From the NCBI RefSeq assembly GCF_040938485.1, contig NW_027271287.1:1240001-1304000 (forward strand): 64,000 bases of DNA, written 5' to 3'. This DNA comes from Diadema antillarum (taxonomy: Eukaryota). Shown piece by piece: positions 12,176-26,849 of this stretch. The notes under the pieces were generated by a model that was not told the origin of the DNA, did not search any database, and worked only from the letters and a program-made list of their open reading frames with translations. The translations under genes were made by a program, and so were the position numbers. Each line of letters begins with the position of its first letter. Position 1 is the first letter of the stretch.

Positions 12176-12479
12176 TTTGAAATATTGTGAAAATTATTTC
12201 AAGAATTCCTTGAGGTTACAATAAATGCGTTGCATCTGCGTTTGGAACAAACCAAATGACTACACATCTATACATATTTGTCATATTTTTTTATAGTTAC
12301 ACATTTCACAGAGTGACGACATTGCTTGTGACATCAAAGCTCATCGATCTTTGGTGACACAATTTCACAAATTTAGTGCACTATTTGGAAAAATCGCCAG
12401 AGGAATGTCTTGATCCAAAATACAATAGAGAACTATATAAAAAAAAAAGAAAGTCCTTTGAGTAGGCATCGAGTCTTGT

Positions 12480-12706
12480 AAGTGAATATGTATACTTATA
12501 TAGTACAACTTGTATCATGCGATTTGGAAGTGTCACTGCCCTGCGGCGCCTCAACGTTGCCCTGACTTTTTACCACCAGCAACAAACACGGCCACGGGCC
12601 ACTCACTAGCGGGATATTTGGAAGCTGTTGTTGCGTTTGGAAGGGCGAGGGTAGAACGGATTTGCACGCGCTAATCACTAGCATTCTCTAATCTCTGGAG
12701 TGGAAG
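12480..12706 (+). promoter_or_regulatory. Probable NUP37 promoter/5' UTR
   Basis: Local CpG enrichment directly upstream of the ATG at 12707; divergent from ATP6V1E, with about 3.5 kb between start codons. Confidence 0.45.
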
Positions 12707-15700
12707 ATGGACACGTCTGTGAAAAAGTGTGACTACACCTTTGATACAAGGGATAGCGTGACTTGTGTTGAATTTTCACCGTTTGAATCGTCATCACCTT
12801 TGATTGCATACGGCGGCAATTTGAGAGTAAGCGTGGGAACATGCAGATTTCAGGTATGTTTTGATCGCGTTGCCTTGATGTGGACCCATATACTGAAATC
12901 TGTGTAGTGTTGAGGTATTAATGTATTGGGCCGAGTCCATTTATCCAACAATATCCTTCGTCGGGTCTAGCTTCTGTTGATACGGTAGGAAAGCTTCAAC
13001 TCAACTCAGAAGTTACTATAACTATTCTGCATGGGATTGTTCTGGAAGTCGAAACTTGACCAGTGTATGCTTGCAGGGTATCGGGTGTTTTCTTAAAGGC
13101 GATATGCACGAACTCACAAGTCACAAACAAAGGCAAAGCAACCTCTGTTGAACCAGATAACCATGGCATAACACTAACAGTACAATTGACTTGTATATCA
13201 ATCCCAGCTAACAGTAAGCACCATGTGCTGTGTGTACTAATTGTAGTGCAGTGTGTCCTGATGCAGCGATGGATGAATGCTCTTTTTAATTGGTATAGAA
13301 ATAGTCTACCACTGTACCAGTGCTAGTAAATTTTTACCAGTTTACAACATGTTCATCCTCACACAGGAAACTCAGTCAATGTCAATGACAATGATTCCAG
13401 TCATTTCTCAGTATTAATAATCATAGACCCAGTCTTCCGTGAATGGGCAATCATTGTATTATTGATATTAGATTTGACATGCATTTATTCTAAATTTATT
13501 CCTACTATGAGTCTAGTATGATTATGACTGTGCTTATTTTAACATACAGGAGGAAGATAAACTTCTGTCTGGTTGTGAGTACAAGCACATCAGAGACTTT
13601 CATCATGGGACACGCGTCACATACATCGCATGGAGTCCTGTGTCATCGCTAGATATCTTGCCAAGATGTCTCAGGTAATGTGAAACAACCTTTGTGTGGA
13701 ATTCATGATACTGTTACAATATATTTTTGTGACTGATTTTATAGTGCAAGCCTTAGTTTGACTCTAAGAGTCTAAGTTCTACTGTGAATATTCAAACTGC
13801 AAGACACCAAAGTAACGTTAATAAGATATTCTCTACTGTTAAAAAACAAAAAAAAAACCATGGAGAAGTAGAGCTAAATCAATGTAATGGCCACCTGATT
13901 AGACTGTCAGTGAAATCACTTGTTTGTATCAAATCATACATCATAATATACACAAAGAGACCTTAAACTTGGACAACTTACAAGTTTGTGAGAAAATTGT
14001 AAATTCATCCAAGATGTTAGGATCAACTTGACCATAAATCTACTGCATAAATACCATGGTTTTCTTTCTTGTCAACTGGCAATATCTGATAATGTGAGAT
14101 GACTTTTGTTATCAAATATATATTTCATTTCCTTAAAACTTGAAAGATAATTTCATGTTCCTACTTGCCATTTTTTTTTTATAGATTGTATGTGACACCA
14201 CCATAAGAGATGTGTTATTTCTTTAAGTGTAGTTTATGCTACCTTAATTGGAATGTTTTGTTTTTTATGAACAGCTAAAACTTATCATTATTCTGCTGTT
14301 TAGATTTTGTACAGCTGGAGCAGATAGCAAAATACGGGTGTTCAGCTCAGACTTGAAAGACCAAGACACTGTTCAGGTAGGAAAGATTGTGGAATATAAC
14401 CTTCATGGCAGTACTTACAATTTCTGTATTTTCATATAATATTATTCTATTGCTGAAATTTGTCAGAGGAAATAGTATCAACTACATCATTCCTTTCCCT
14501 CAGTAATGTAGTTATCATTTGAAACTTTAAGTGACACAGTGGACTCCTGTTATAACGAAGTCCTCGGGACCGGCAGTTTTCTTTCGTTACAATCGAAATT
14601 TCATTATAACCGATCAAATAAACAATAAGAATACATAAAGTGGATAATGTTACGGCCCAAAGTTTTACTTGGCTATAACCGTGTTCGTTATAATGGGAGT
14701 GCACTGTAGTCTACATTTTATCCCCATTGACTTCTTCCTTCAGCTGCACTCATTGTCAATTGTACTGGAATAGTAAAGTTAACTTTTGAATCATGATTTC
14801 TTCACAATGAAGATATTCTGTTTGAGTTTGCTTTTTTTTTTTGCTTTTGTTTTGTTTTGTTTTGTTTTTAGAAATTCAGGAAAAGGACAACAACAATGAC
14901 TGAATGAAATAAATTTTTGTACTTGATCACATGTCACTGAATTCAGTAAAATTGTAACAAAGCTAAAAACTGAAGATAGATGTAGTATACACAATTTTCT
15001 GTGAAGTATTGAGAATGCTAAGTTGTTAAGGAATAGCTGACAGTTTCTCTAGTTTCACCATTGGCTACATTAAAGTAGTGAAGTTGACTTAGAACTTGAA
15101 CATTTGTGGCATGCAGTTAGCACAGAGATTGCTGGATTTTTTTGTTTGTTATTAATATAATTATTTTAGTTTGTTACTAGTGATACTTGAAAAGCATTCA
15201 GCTTTGTGGATTGCATCACATTGTTGGCAGATTTGGTATTTCAGTAATGTATGTGATGGAACATGCTTTTTTCCTTTTCCTAGGTAATAAAGGGCCATAA
15301 AGACTATGTGAATGCCCTAACCTTTGAACCAATCAAAGGGGAGATCATAGCTAGTGTAAGTGACGATTACTCATGTCGACTGTGGGATCTAGACGGCAGG
15401 CAAAGGATGATGTTTCCTCTAAAGTCAGCTGGAATGTCAGTATGCTGGAACCAGAATGATCCAAATAAGGTATTCTTTTCATGATCATTTGTTGGAAGAA
15501 ATTTATTCACCGTTTATTCAAAATGTCATAATACGGTGTCAGCTATTGCATAATTTATTTTCAAACGAGGAAATATTGCTGGGAAGTAGGAAGTGTATGT
15601 AGCAGAGCATTTAAATTGATACAGACCTGTTATAACAGTTGACCTGATATTTCATCGATGCATTGTTTTGCTTTCTTTTGCTTTGTTTTTGCTCTGTATT

Positions 15701-17971
15701 GAAGCTCAAGAGGTGTAGAGCAGTGGTAAGCTAACATGAAACATTCTAATAGTAATGAATTCATAATATTTTAGAATGAATTTTGATATGAGAATTGATT
15801 TGAAATTGGGGGTGAAGATAAAGCTTCACATTTTCACCATTTACATGATTACCACTTATGGGTACTTGAGAAGGATTGGACACATTTAAATTCACTTTGA
15901 TGTCACTTTCATTTGTCTGCAGCTAATGGTTGCTGAAAAGAATGGTACCCTTCGTTTCTACGATCTGATCAGCGAGCAGCCTTTCATGTCACTGGAGACA
16001 GGGCGGCCTAGACTGATGTGTGCTGACTGGAGTCTGTGTGACCCCACCAGGGTGGGTGCCATCGTTGGTGGGGAATGGATGGTTTGGGACATCACACGCT
16101 CCAGGTACAATAACAGCAGGAAAAGGAAAATATCAACAATAAGGCTGACAGCCTTTTTCGTGGCATGAAATTTTTGCGAGTTGCCTCTAACATTCAATGT
16201 GTATAGTGTAGACAAGAACTTTCATGTGCAGTTTAATCTTGCGAATCTTGGCTCTTGCGAAATTCACGAAATCAAAATGGCCGCAAACATTCCTCGCTTT
16301 ACAGTATGGTAACTGACTCTCATGTAATGGCATCGTAGTCTTAATGAATGAATCAAAGACCATTTTCTTTGTGAATTCTGAATAGAGCAATTATTTTTAA
16401 AATTTAGACCTAACAGTTATGATATCAAATAAGCTGCAAATATTGTATTATGATTGAAGGCTAAACAAAGTTGATTTCATGTACTCGCGTCATAATTTTC
16501 TTGATAATGATATGACAATAGGGGAAGACATCTTGATGCTATTGACCATATTCTGTCAATCTGCAGCCAGCCGCAAGACTCTGAACTGGCACATGGGGAA
16601 GGCGGAGGCGAGTTCAGGTGGTGTCGGTCTAGTGAGAACCTCTTTGCCACCACAGGCAGGCCCAACAATGAGATCAAGGTCTATCATCTTGGCCATCATC
16701 AGGTCTGTAAACCGGCTTCAGATCCTTGGCAGTCATATGGATAAAATATCCCTTCAGCATTTTTGCTGTGTTGTTTTCTGCACAGCACAAAAAACACAAC
16801 AAAAACAAAACAAAAACAAAACACAAGGAAACAAAGAAAGGCTATACATCTTAAAACTTAAAGAAAATGATTTACTAAATGAAATCAATTTATAAATTTC
16901 AAGAGATTTTGTTACAGATGTGCTTTTGGAATCTCAAAATAGAATGCATTCAGAGCAGCATACACTGTATGGGGTCTCAAATTTTTGCCATGTTTTCCAT
17001 GTAAAGTATTGCTTGTAAAGTATTGCTTGTATATTCTTGTGAGTTTCCTATCCAAAGGATGTTTTATTTCAAAAGAGGCTTGGGAAATACTGATGCAGTT
17101 CCCTAATGCTCCTACAGACTTTTATGATCACTCCTGTCTGCCATTTCTTTGGAGTCTTGAGACATTTGTGGCCAATTGTATGATATCCTCAACACTATCT
17201 GTATACACTTACATCCAGGTGCCCCTAGAACAGAAAAGATTAAAGGAGACCTCCAGATGATTTTCAGATTTTTACATTTGAACAACTGTAAATTAGTTAT
17301 ACTGAAGACAGAGTTTAAGAATTTATGATAATTGAAATGAAGAATAAGAATATTTTCAAAATTTATAACAAATTGCAATGAACAAGGATGATGACATGGC
17401 AGGGTTGCCATAAGAATGTGCGAGTTGGGGCTCAAGGAAGCAGGACAAAAGAAGAAGGCATGCATAGATTGTACACAGGTGAACTTGCAAGCAAGCGGTA
17501 TTGTAAGGGAATTACACTTCTACATTTCTGAAATATGTGAGCCTCCTATGTCATCATCCTTGTTCAGTGTAATTTGTTCCAAGTTTTTCAAAGTATTGTT
17601 TCTCTGCTCAAGAACAACTATAAATTCCACAAATCTATACATGGAGCTGTTGATTTAGGTACTACATGATGTAAAATTATGAAAATCGTTTGGAATGCCC
17701 CTTTAATGAGCATTTGCCAATGGTACATGTACTACAGTTTTAACTTGTTTGCTACTTTCCTGTGGTGAAATCAAATTTCAATCAAAAATATCAAAAATAA
17801 ATATATAAATATCAAAATATCATCTTTTGATACCGGTGTATCATTTTCCAACTCCAGGTACCAGTGAGTGAGAGCCTGCCCATTCTTGGGGGTCTGTCCT
17901 GGCACGCCTTCCTGCCTGTGTGTGCCATCGGTGGCGACAAGCGAGTACATCTCTACCCAGCAGAACCTTGA
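12707..17971 (+). CDS. NUP37: Nucleoporin Nup37 (WD40, Y-complex), complete, 320 aa
   Basis: Coding exons: 12707-12853 (147), 13550-13674 (125), 14304-14376 (73), 15284-15469 (186), 15923-16104 (182), 16567-16702 (136), 17858-17971 (114, ends TGA). Total 963 nt, all GT-AG, phases consistent. Peptides VEFSPFE..LIAYGG, FHHGTRV..IAWSP, GHKDYVN, SVSDD, LMVAEKNGTLRFYDL, WDITRS, SENLFATTG and GLSWH match Nup37 as recalled. Confidence 0.96.
14537..14706. mobile_element. 170-bp Tc1/mariner-pogo (Tigger-like) MITE in NUP37 intron 3
   Basis: TIRs cagtggactcctgttataacgaa / ttcgttataatgggagtgcactg; followed by TA. Confidence 0.8.
16150..16307. mobile_element. Truncated, CpG-decayed copy of the MITE at 49052
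   Basis: Colinear with about 49105-49260; ends in the same tttacagTA terminus. Confidence 0.8.
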
Positions 17972-18907
17972 TATTTGTAATCCCTTTAATCAATAGGATA
18001 TATTTTTCTTTCTTTGTATGTATTTAATACCATGTTTTCAAGAGATGTTGACATGTATAGCTGTCTGCATGTATGTAAGAAATTAATTTCACTACGTTAC
18101 CATTCCTTTTCATACAACCAAATCGCTATTTTGCCCAAAAGTGCTGATGATCTTTTATGCGTGAAGTTGTACTTTTCACTTGTAATTGCAGCTGCAAGCA
18201 GTCTTTTGGTCGTAATGGTTCTGTTTTTTTTTTTTAATTTAGCTTGGTAAAGTTGATAATACTTAATTATTGAAAGAAAATATATTTGGACTGGATGATA
18301 GACTATTCACATTTTTGTAATAGCCTCTTAATGGCCGGAAAGACGACAAGAATTTTTGAACTACATGATTGCCTTAGGATGCAGCAAATCTGCTTGTCTG
18401 TGCTGTTCTCTGTCTGGAGTATACCTTACAAGCAAATCAATGTTGCAAAGGTGTACTGCATTGCTAGTCTCATGAATTGCCTGCTAAAAAACTAGAAAGG
18501 CATTACTGCCATTGAAGGTCTGGAGAATAAGATCCTCTCTTCTGATGTGACATTTAATTCATGAGACATTTTGACATTCAATTTCGATTGGAAAATGACT
18601 AAATCACTGTAAAGCTTCAATAATAGTTGGTAGTTAGTAAAAGTGGATTAAATCTCACAATGTAAAATGTACTGAATCTCTGCAGAAATGTGTGATTGGC
18701 CAGCATGTTCTCTGTGCTGATAATCATACATATGCAGTGCAGTTCAAAATGGCAAGTACCACGGTAGGTATTCTATGCCTCTACACACACAAATGTTGTT
18801 GTCTTGTACATGTACAACTCTGTTAAATGTAGAGTAGACAAGCAGCTGTTGGACCAAAGGAGATGCAGTGATTTGTGTAAAGCTCCAACTTTCCTGAAGA
18901 TGAAATA

Positions 18908-19145
18908 CTGTATACGCCGAATATTTCGCGAGGTTTGTATTTTTGCAAATTTTGAGAGTCAGTTGCTATTTGCAAAATTAAAGACGCGAAAATATTGACT
19001 CTGATCCCGATATGAATGTGACGTACACGTATACATTTCTCCATTCAGTTCAGTACTCCATGATCGCGAATTTAACCACTCGCGAAACTGTCGGGAAGTC
19101 CTGATTCGCGAAAATGTAGACTCGCTAAATATATGGCGTATACAG
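18908..19145. mobile_element. MITE with TA target duplication
   Basis: TA|ctgtatacgccgaatatttcgcgag ... ctcgctaaatatatggcgtatacag|TA. Confidence 0.85.
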
Positions 19146-22104
19146 TACTTGTTCAGATTACTGGTGGATCTCAGTTGAAACAAGACATGGTGTGTGGGAT
19201 GAAATCTGACTAACTCTGCTAACCAATGCAGATGAAGTTGTCATGCTGTATTGAGGCTCTTGACATGATAGACTTGCCTTTCGTAATTCAAATCATGAGG
19301 ACAAGGTCATGCAGTGTCTGAATGAAGAACCTCATGATAAAAAGGACCTGAAAACCATGACACTTACCATAGCAGGTTTCTCAATAGGTCAGGATGCAAA
19401 AACAAGAAATAGAAAGAGCTTGGACTGGCAGAATCCCCGACTTATCAGAGGGTTCTTTTGATCCACTCTTAATCACATGGTTCCACTGTACAATATGCAT
19501 GCAGCGGAGTTCAACCTGTGCATTTTGCATCAATGAAAGATACACACTGTACCATTATATATGTACGTGTACTTGCACTGCATCTGTCCAATAGCTCACA
19601 CTTGTGCACAACTTGTTTGTACTATGCAAGGTGACTCTGCTTCCCCTGTTTGCTGTGATAATAGAAAAGGTTTCTCAGTAAAATTACTCAAATATTTTCA
19701 GGGCATTTAGTGGTGTGCACACCACTGTAGATGCATGAAACCTACTTAATGCTGTGGACTGTAGTTCTACTAGTAAGACATATCTGCCAACAAGGTCTTT
19801 CTTGTACAATGACAAAGAGAAATGCAGAAGGCACTTTAATTCGTTTTTCAGACGTAGGAAATGTGTGCCTGGAAAAAATAGCAAAGACATAGCAATTAAC
19901 CTCAGAGACCAAATACAATTTGTATTAGACCTGAAAGGGAACATTGCATGCATTTTGACAGAGCTACAGTATTTTGCATTCTGTGTTATCAATCTCCTTT
20001 CTGCCAATGTGTAAATATTTAGAACGTTTCATTACATGTGAAAATGTACTGTAAAACACCAAAATAAAATCAAAACCAACAGTAAATGGTTTATAAATAT
20101 TCTACAGATACTTGATGTCAGTCTTCATTCCTGTATGATTTTAGTGAATTTACAGAAATTGAAAGTGCATGGTACTGTATGTAATTGAGAGAGAGAGGAC
20201 TTAGGAACAGCCAGTATATGACTGGAAGGGTGTGCCTGTGTATTTATGAGTGTGTGTGCATACAAGTAGTATAGGAGAAAAGATAACTGAAACAGTAAGC
20301 ATTGTACAAGTCCAAAGTAGGCTAATGGGGTCATGTGAAAGTGACTATCCAATGCCTACATAACATACTCTGGGTGAACACACACACACACACACACACG
20401 CATTCACATACTAAATGTACTTTTACTAGGTAAACTGCAGTGCTCTTGCCTCATCACCACTGGAAATTTTTACATGAAAAAAAAAAAGTGATTTAATGTT
20501 TTCTATTTAGCCTACAAATAGACATGGCTTTGAAAAAGCTTCACAAAGATGTGTCCAAATGGATATGTCGGTGTTTTTCCTCCATTTAGTGGTGCATTGT
20601 TTGATCAATGTAAGATGGCTCTGACTTCCCAGGATCTAGTGATATCACACAGTACTGATTCTCAACCAGATTTTACTAATAATAATAATGACAAACACAC
20701 AATCACATTGGCACACAAGTAACTACACGTAGAGTCATACCTTGACAGGCATGTCGTGAATGTATTTCATTACATATGCCACTGCCATTTGCAACTCGTA
20801 TGAATATGGTAATCATACTGTCATGTCTGACCCCTCAGACACCAATTAATAAGTGAAATAGAAATCAAACATACATAATAAGAACGCATTTCTAAGATTG
20901 GAGCAGTAATGCAATAGAACCGATTTCTAGGTGTGCTCACACAAAAAGATGGGAGAGGAATTCTTTCCGACTTCCAGACACCATTTTTTTACAAATTTTC
21001 TGTTGAATGTTGTACATGTACTGTGAGGAGGTTTCCTGCCTGCAGAATCTATACTTACAAATGTTGGTGCAATATGAAGTGATTCTGAATTTTCAATCAT
21101 TATAGCAATAATAGTTATCAGTAAATGGTCATACACTTTTGAGACTCATAACTGGCTACTCATGCACTCAATATACCTCATTCGTTCCAACTCGAACTCC
21201 ACTTTGGTGCAGTGTGCCTTCTTGTATGGCCATTTTGTGCTGCTTCAAGCAGAAATTACACATCAAATGTAGTAAACACAGCATTGAAGAGGTGCAAATA
21301 CCATCTGGAAATAGTATCTTCCAACTACAGCTTTTGCATCAACAATACATGTATACACTTTTGTCTATTTCTGGAAAGGATTTTGTATGACTATGCATAG
21401 AGTATGAAAATCATAAAATCAATTTGCCGTTAGCTATTTGATAAACTATTCCCACTGTGAAAGTGTCGGTCCCTGCTGCAGCATTGGACTTTACAGCTGT
21501 AAAAAAAACTGCTTCATCTCTTGCCCCATCTGACCATAAGTATGCACTATTCATGGTCTATTCTTCACAGCTGGAGCCCTAAGTTGTCATCCCCAAGAGC
21601 CCAGTCTAAGCAAGCAGTATCGTGACTTTTCAAAAGCATATTGAAAATGACACAATGACTTCATTTTGACCTCAACATTCAAAGAATCGTTGCTTACCGG
21701 GTAATACTCACTTCTCTAATGCAGAATATCGTACTTTAAGAGGTATATTTCTTTGATATGAATATATGTGTGGCAAATGCTTCTGTACTATTGACTTGCA
21801 GACTGATATCAGCAGATAATCATGTTCAAACCATGCACACTTTTACATTGCACATATTGCATCACAGGCTTGAAGTCGCAAGCAGACAGGTCATCTAAAA
21901 TCCTCTGCCATCTATGACCAGTGACCTTTTCCAGCATATCCGCACTATCGGCATGTCACCTTTTCTTATCACTTTCATAATACTTCTGGTGATAAGTCTT
22001 CCTCGTCAAGTGTTCCATGCATGAAACGTCAACAAGGTCGCAAATTTTGCAGCAGGAGATCCAACAGATTGTTTCATGCCCTCAGCACATGTCAGTGTAT
22101 GATG

Positions 22105-24700
22105 TCAAATGCTAAACCAGTTAGGAACACCACCTCTCCGTGATAATAACTTGGCGGCTTTCTTCTCCTTATCCTTTAGCTCCTCTGCCATTTCTTCGTT
22201 CTTCTTCTCCTCCGTGTCAGGGAACAACTCTGGGAATTCAAATGTCTGTCCTTCAGCCTACGTGACCAAAACATAAAAAGTGTACACAAATGATACACTG
22301 CAAGTTTGGAATTTCAAATTTCTGCCAAAGGCACATGTAATCACCTTATCAAGTTAAAAACATATCTACTTTATCTGTGCCTACACTTGACAATACTTGT
22401 ATATGATTGCATAACTTTTTAAAGTGTCTGAAACTAACATCAACAATCATATCTTATACAAGGAATGTGTCTGAGCAGCAGAGCACTCTTACATAATGTG
22501 TCACTTTTATACAACTACACAGTAATAACGAATGATACATGATTTATTTCACACTCTATATTCTTTAGCTGGGGCTTACACAAAATGCTTTGCACAATTT
22601 GTATTAGTTTATCTTCCAACAACTTGTCAAAACAAGCTTCTGAAAAAACAATCAAACAAACAAACAGGTGTGATGATTTGATAGATGATAAAACTATGCT
22701 TTCATTTGCTTATACCCAATATTCCAAGGCTTCCAACAGTTTAAAAAAATTGTCTGTAGAACAAACATGTGTATGCTTCGTGTTTTAATAGATAAGTCGG
22801 GGAAATTATTTGAAGTGATACTGTGCAAATGTTTTATGCCAATTATTCAAGTTATAATTCAGTAATATGATGTATATGTACCATGTATGCCTGCCATAAT
22901 ATTCATCTTTGAAAAGACCAAGACGAAACAAAATGTACTTTACCAGAGTGACATAAGCCAGCTTGTAATCTTCCCGCAGCTTGACCCTCTGGTTCTTGTG
23001 GTTCCGGTCGAAGGGCACATAAACTATTCTGGTATTAACTCTGGCCACAGGAACTTTGTAGATGTTTTGAAGGTAGTTCTTGATGTCAAACTTTGTCATC
23101 CTGTAGGAGCATGGGAACAAAACAACACAAAACACATCGATGGTTTATTATGGCTAAATGTCACTCCATACAGACAAAGTGGAATGTGGGGTTTAGAAAT
23201 AAGAGACAAAGTCTTCATCAAATATATCATGAATAACGCCATCACAATGAAAATATGTACAATGCATATAAAGTAAATATTACAGAGGGGGACTAGTCTT
23301 CATAACCTTATTTTGTTTGCTTTCTTATTTTACTCAGAGAAACCACATGATTGGCCAATTAAAACAAACACCTTTTGTTGCAGGAAATGACAGAAAACAA
23401 AATGGTAGTTAACAAACATTAGAAGGTACTTAATATCAGAACAAGTTTTTACACTTCCTAATTATGTAACAAATACTGACGGTGTTTGGCACTATTCTAA
23501 TCTTAATGTGGGATGTAACCTAAGACAGTTCGTAACAGCAGGTCGCAATCAAATTTACAATGTGGACTTACTGTAAATCACACTCAAATGTGACCATATT
23601 CGGTGGCATTGGTTTTTTGTTCTTTATCAGCTTCATGCAGAAATCTGTGAAGAACACTCTTCGCTGTGGATTTCCAAAGAAGTACAATGGGTATCTGTTT
23701 TAGAATTAAGGAAAAGTAAAGAAAAACAAGTAGAGTTTATCACATTTATCAGAAAATAAACAAATTACTTCTGCTTAAACCATACAAATATGAAAACTAA
23801 GATTGACTTCATATTAAGTGACCCCTTCTCCTTAAAAAAAAAAAAAAATAATAATTGTTTTTTTTTTTTGGGGGGGGGGGGGACAAAAAACATAATCTGA
23901 ATCCCTATCTGTAAGTACACAAAAGTGGAAGACTTTCATATGATCAACAACAAAAAAAATCAGCTAAATGACACTGCTTTAAGATATCAACATATTTTCA
24001 TACTTACTAGGCACAATGCATGATAACATTCTTTAAAAATTCTCTCAGGGCTGTACAAGCAAGCACAAGATTTCACATTCTTTTGAATTTTGTGAATAAC
24101 AATGCTTGCTTGAAACAATAAAAATATTGAACAAATTCTCATAACTTTAAGCACTTCTAAAGGCAATTTGCATGTGACCAGTAACATGATGAGTGACACT
24201 ACCCAATATTGTATCTCTTCCTTTTTTCTCCTTTTCTCTATCTCTTTCAGTTAACAGTACACCCCTGAAATGATAACGAGAGTATTTTACTTGCCAGGTA
24301 CAAATTGATAAAATTATCTGCAGTGGTGTTAGCACTTCCAAAAGTAACTCTATAACAATACTCCATGGCAGTTCTCCCACCTTACTCAAAGCTTCTCTGC
24401 TTTTAATTTTGAATAATCTGGACAATATGTTTCACTGCTTTTACTTTAAAGAATCACTATCATCATTTCAAATCAGGTGACAGTTTATCTCTTCATTCAT
24501 ATTCTGCCTGCAGTGTGAATTCTTCCTTACTTCATGAAGTCACCAATACGTCTGGAAGGCAGGCAATGATTACAATTGGTATTCCTTTCTTGTTACATAA
24601 CACAACTGTTATCCAAGTAAGCATTTAATCTCTTTCACTTGAAATGAATAGGGGTAGTAAAGAGAGAAAAAGATTGAACATCATACCTTGATTTGGACAT
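22105..24700 (-). CDS. MRPL23: Mitochondrial large ribosomal subunit protein uL23m, complete, 148 aa
   Basis: Coding exons (minus): 24700-24687 (14 nt; ATG inside exon 24840-24687, in-frame TGA 9 nt upstream), 23694-23572 (123), 23100-22944 (157), 22257-22105 (153, ends TGA). Protein MSKSRYPLYFFGNPQRRVFFTDF...MTKFDIKNYLQNIYKVPVARVNTRI...DYKLAYVTLAEGQTFEFPELFP...RRGGVPNWFSI matches MRPL23 as recalled. All introns are GT-AG. Confidence 0.95.
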
Positions 24701-25290
24701 CTTGACAATTCACAGAATGTGGTAATAATGAAATTGATAAATGCTGTCCTGGAGCGATCTGTAACTTCCAATGTTCCTGATTGGTTTGTGAGTGGATATA
24801 AGTTCAGTCACACATGGAGGAATCTTCTGATGTTCAGAGCCTGCAAAAAAAAAGGGGGGGGAGGGGAGGGAAGGGGCATAATGCAATGAGAAAGTTATTA
24901 AAACAATTCACTTTTTGTTGTTCTGTGAGGAGATCAACTGCTCCAAAAGTAAAAGCCATATGACATCAGAGTATTACAACAAATACAGTATGTCTCCCAT
25001 TAACCTGAATGTTAAACATGGCAAGGGGCCCACACTCTCTCTAAGCAGGTAAACTTTTTGGCAAACTTCAACCAACAGCAGTGGTGAGCCTACTTAACTG
25101 CAAAACACAGCCCGAACGCCAAAGGCAAAGTGCTCCCACAGTATAACTGTGTGCAAGGAGCGCCCCAGGGTTATGGTGAGCCCAGTGATGACTGTTTCGT
25201 GTACACACAAACAAAAACTGCTAATTTAAGTACTCATTTATTCCACGAACTATGACACTCACAACACAGATTGGAATGCACTACCACGAC

Positions 25291-25614
25291 CAGGGCCGGC
25301 GGAGCGATTTTAAAAGTGTGGGGGCCCACTTCCGGGTTTCATGAGCAAACAAGCAAAAAAAAAAAGGTCCTCAGCTCATCTCTCCCCTTCCATTTCCGGG
25401 TTTCTTCAGCTGACAAGCAAAAAAAAAAAACATAAAAAAAGGGTCTTCACTGGAAAAACATAACATTACCGCGCTCACATTTCAAGGTCTCTATTTCTTT
25501 TTAGTGCCACGAATGTACTTCCAGGTTAAAAAAAGTGGTGGGGGGGGGGGCCCAAAGTGATAACATCTTATGTATTCCTCTGTATGGTGCACAACCCTGG
25601 TTCCGCCGGTCATG
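25291..25614. mobile_element. ~325-bp hAT-like element (copy 2, inverted relative to 10640)
   Basis: cagggccggcggagcg ... ggttccgccggtcatg; flanks acgac / acaac (4 of 5 identical). Confidence 0.8.
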
Positions 25615-25870
25615 ACAACTACCAACAGTACCATGGTGTTAGTCACTGGCAGCACAAACAAGGACTCCTTCAAAACAGCAACCCTCCACTACCAATGACT
25701 AGTACATCCAAGACCAAAGCAACTTTTAGATCTAACGTTGGTTTCTAAGCTTCTCTCTCCGCACTATCAACATCAGCGCACCCCCTGTCCGGTTGGCCCC
25801 TTAGCCTTACTTAGGGGTGTTACACAGTACATGTATAACATAGTAGAAGAAGGAGGAGGTCACTAACCTG

Positions 25871-26540
25871 GCAACTCCCTCTTAACTCTCAGAAATGTGA
25901 AACCCTTCACACTGGGCATAACAACATACACTGTTCCTACTCAATTGAGAATGTTACATTTGATGATGTCAACTGTGAAAAGGACCTGGGTGTTTTGATT
26001 GATAATGTTGATAGTGAGCTCAACTTTCGCCAACACATCTCCTCATCTATCCAGAAGGCTAACCAAATGCTAGGCCTTATTAAACATCTTTCATAAATGT
26101 CAAACCAGGTATTTTCCTGCCACTGTACAACTTACAAGGCTTTGGTTCGACCGCATTTGGAATATTGCAGTGTTAGGGGTTCTATATGGAAATCCAGGTT
26201 TATGACGGATGACAGAAGGATCGAAGCTGGACTCAGCACCCTTTCTTACAGTGAGAGACTTGTGAAGCTTAATCTTCATTCTTTGCATTACCGGAGGGAA
26301 AGAGGGAACATGATCCAGAGGTCTTCAAAATACTATCTGTAAATTACATGGCTAGACCTAGACGGAATCAACCCACACAGTCTTTCTTTGTACAACTACA
26401 ATCACAGCATCGGGGAACAAGAGAAGAGGCTATCCCTTCAAATAATTTGCCACCCATTGTCGTTTGAAAATCCGCAGCAACTGTTTTAGCAAAAGAGTCA
26501 TCCAGACATGGAACAGCAATTTGCCTACATAAAGTGCATC
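25871..26540 (+). mobile_element. Degenerate 5'-truncated CR1-clade LINE (C-terminal part of ORF2)
   Basis: Frameshifted translation gives CEKDLGVLID, FRQHI...KANQMLGLIK, YKALVRPHLEYCSV, LSYSERL..LNLHSL..RRERG.MI and FSKRVIQTWN, typical post-RT motifs of CR1 ORF2. Confidence 0.85.
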
Positions 26541-26849
26541 ACTTGTGACATCCACTAGAGTCTATGTCTATAAGCGTTAGAAGGCGAGTAGTAGTAAAAG
26601 TAACCCCGGGACGCTCCGTATACAGTTACAAACTGTGGGAGCGTCCTGAGTCAATAGAGTGCTATATCGGTAAGCTTGAAAAACATACACAGTCTGTCAC
26701 AGATTTTCGCACCTCCGTAAGTTTCGAATATCATGAGGAAAAAACGTACTTTTATAGTATACATAAGATTCTTATCTAATTAATACCCTTCGTTCACCTT
26801 GTTCTTGTTCACACTGGTCCAATGATCTTGAAAAAACGTTTTTTTCACG

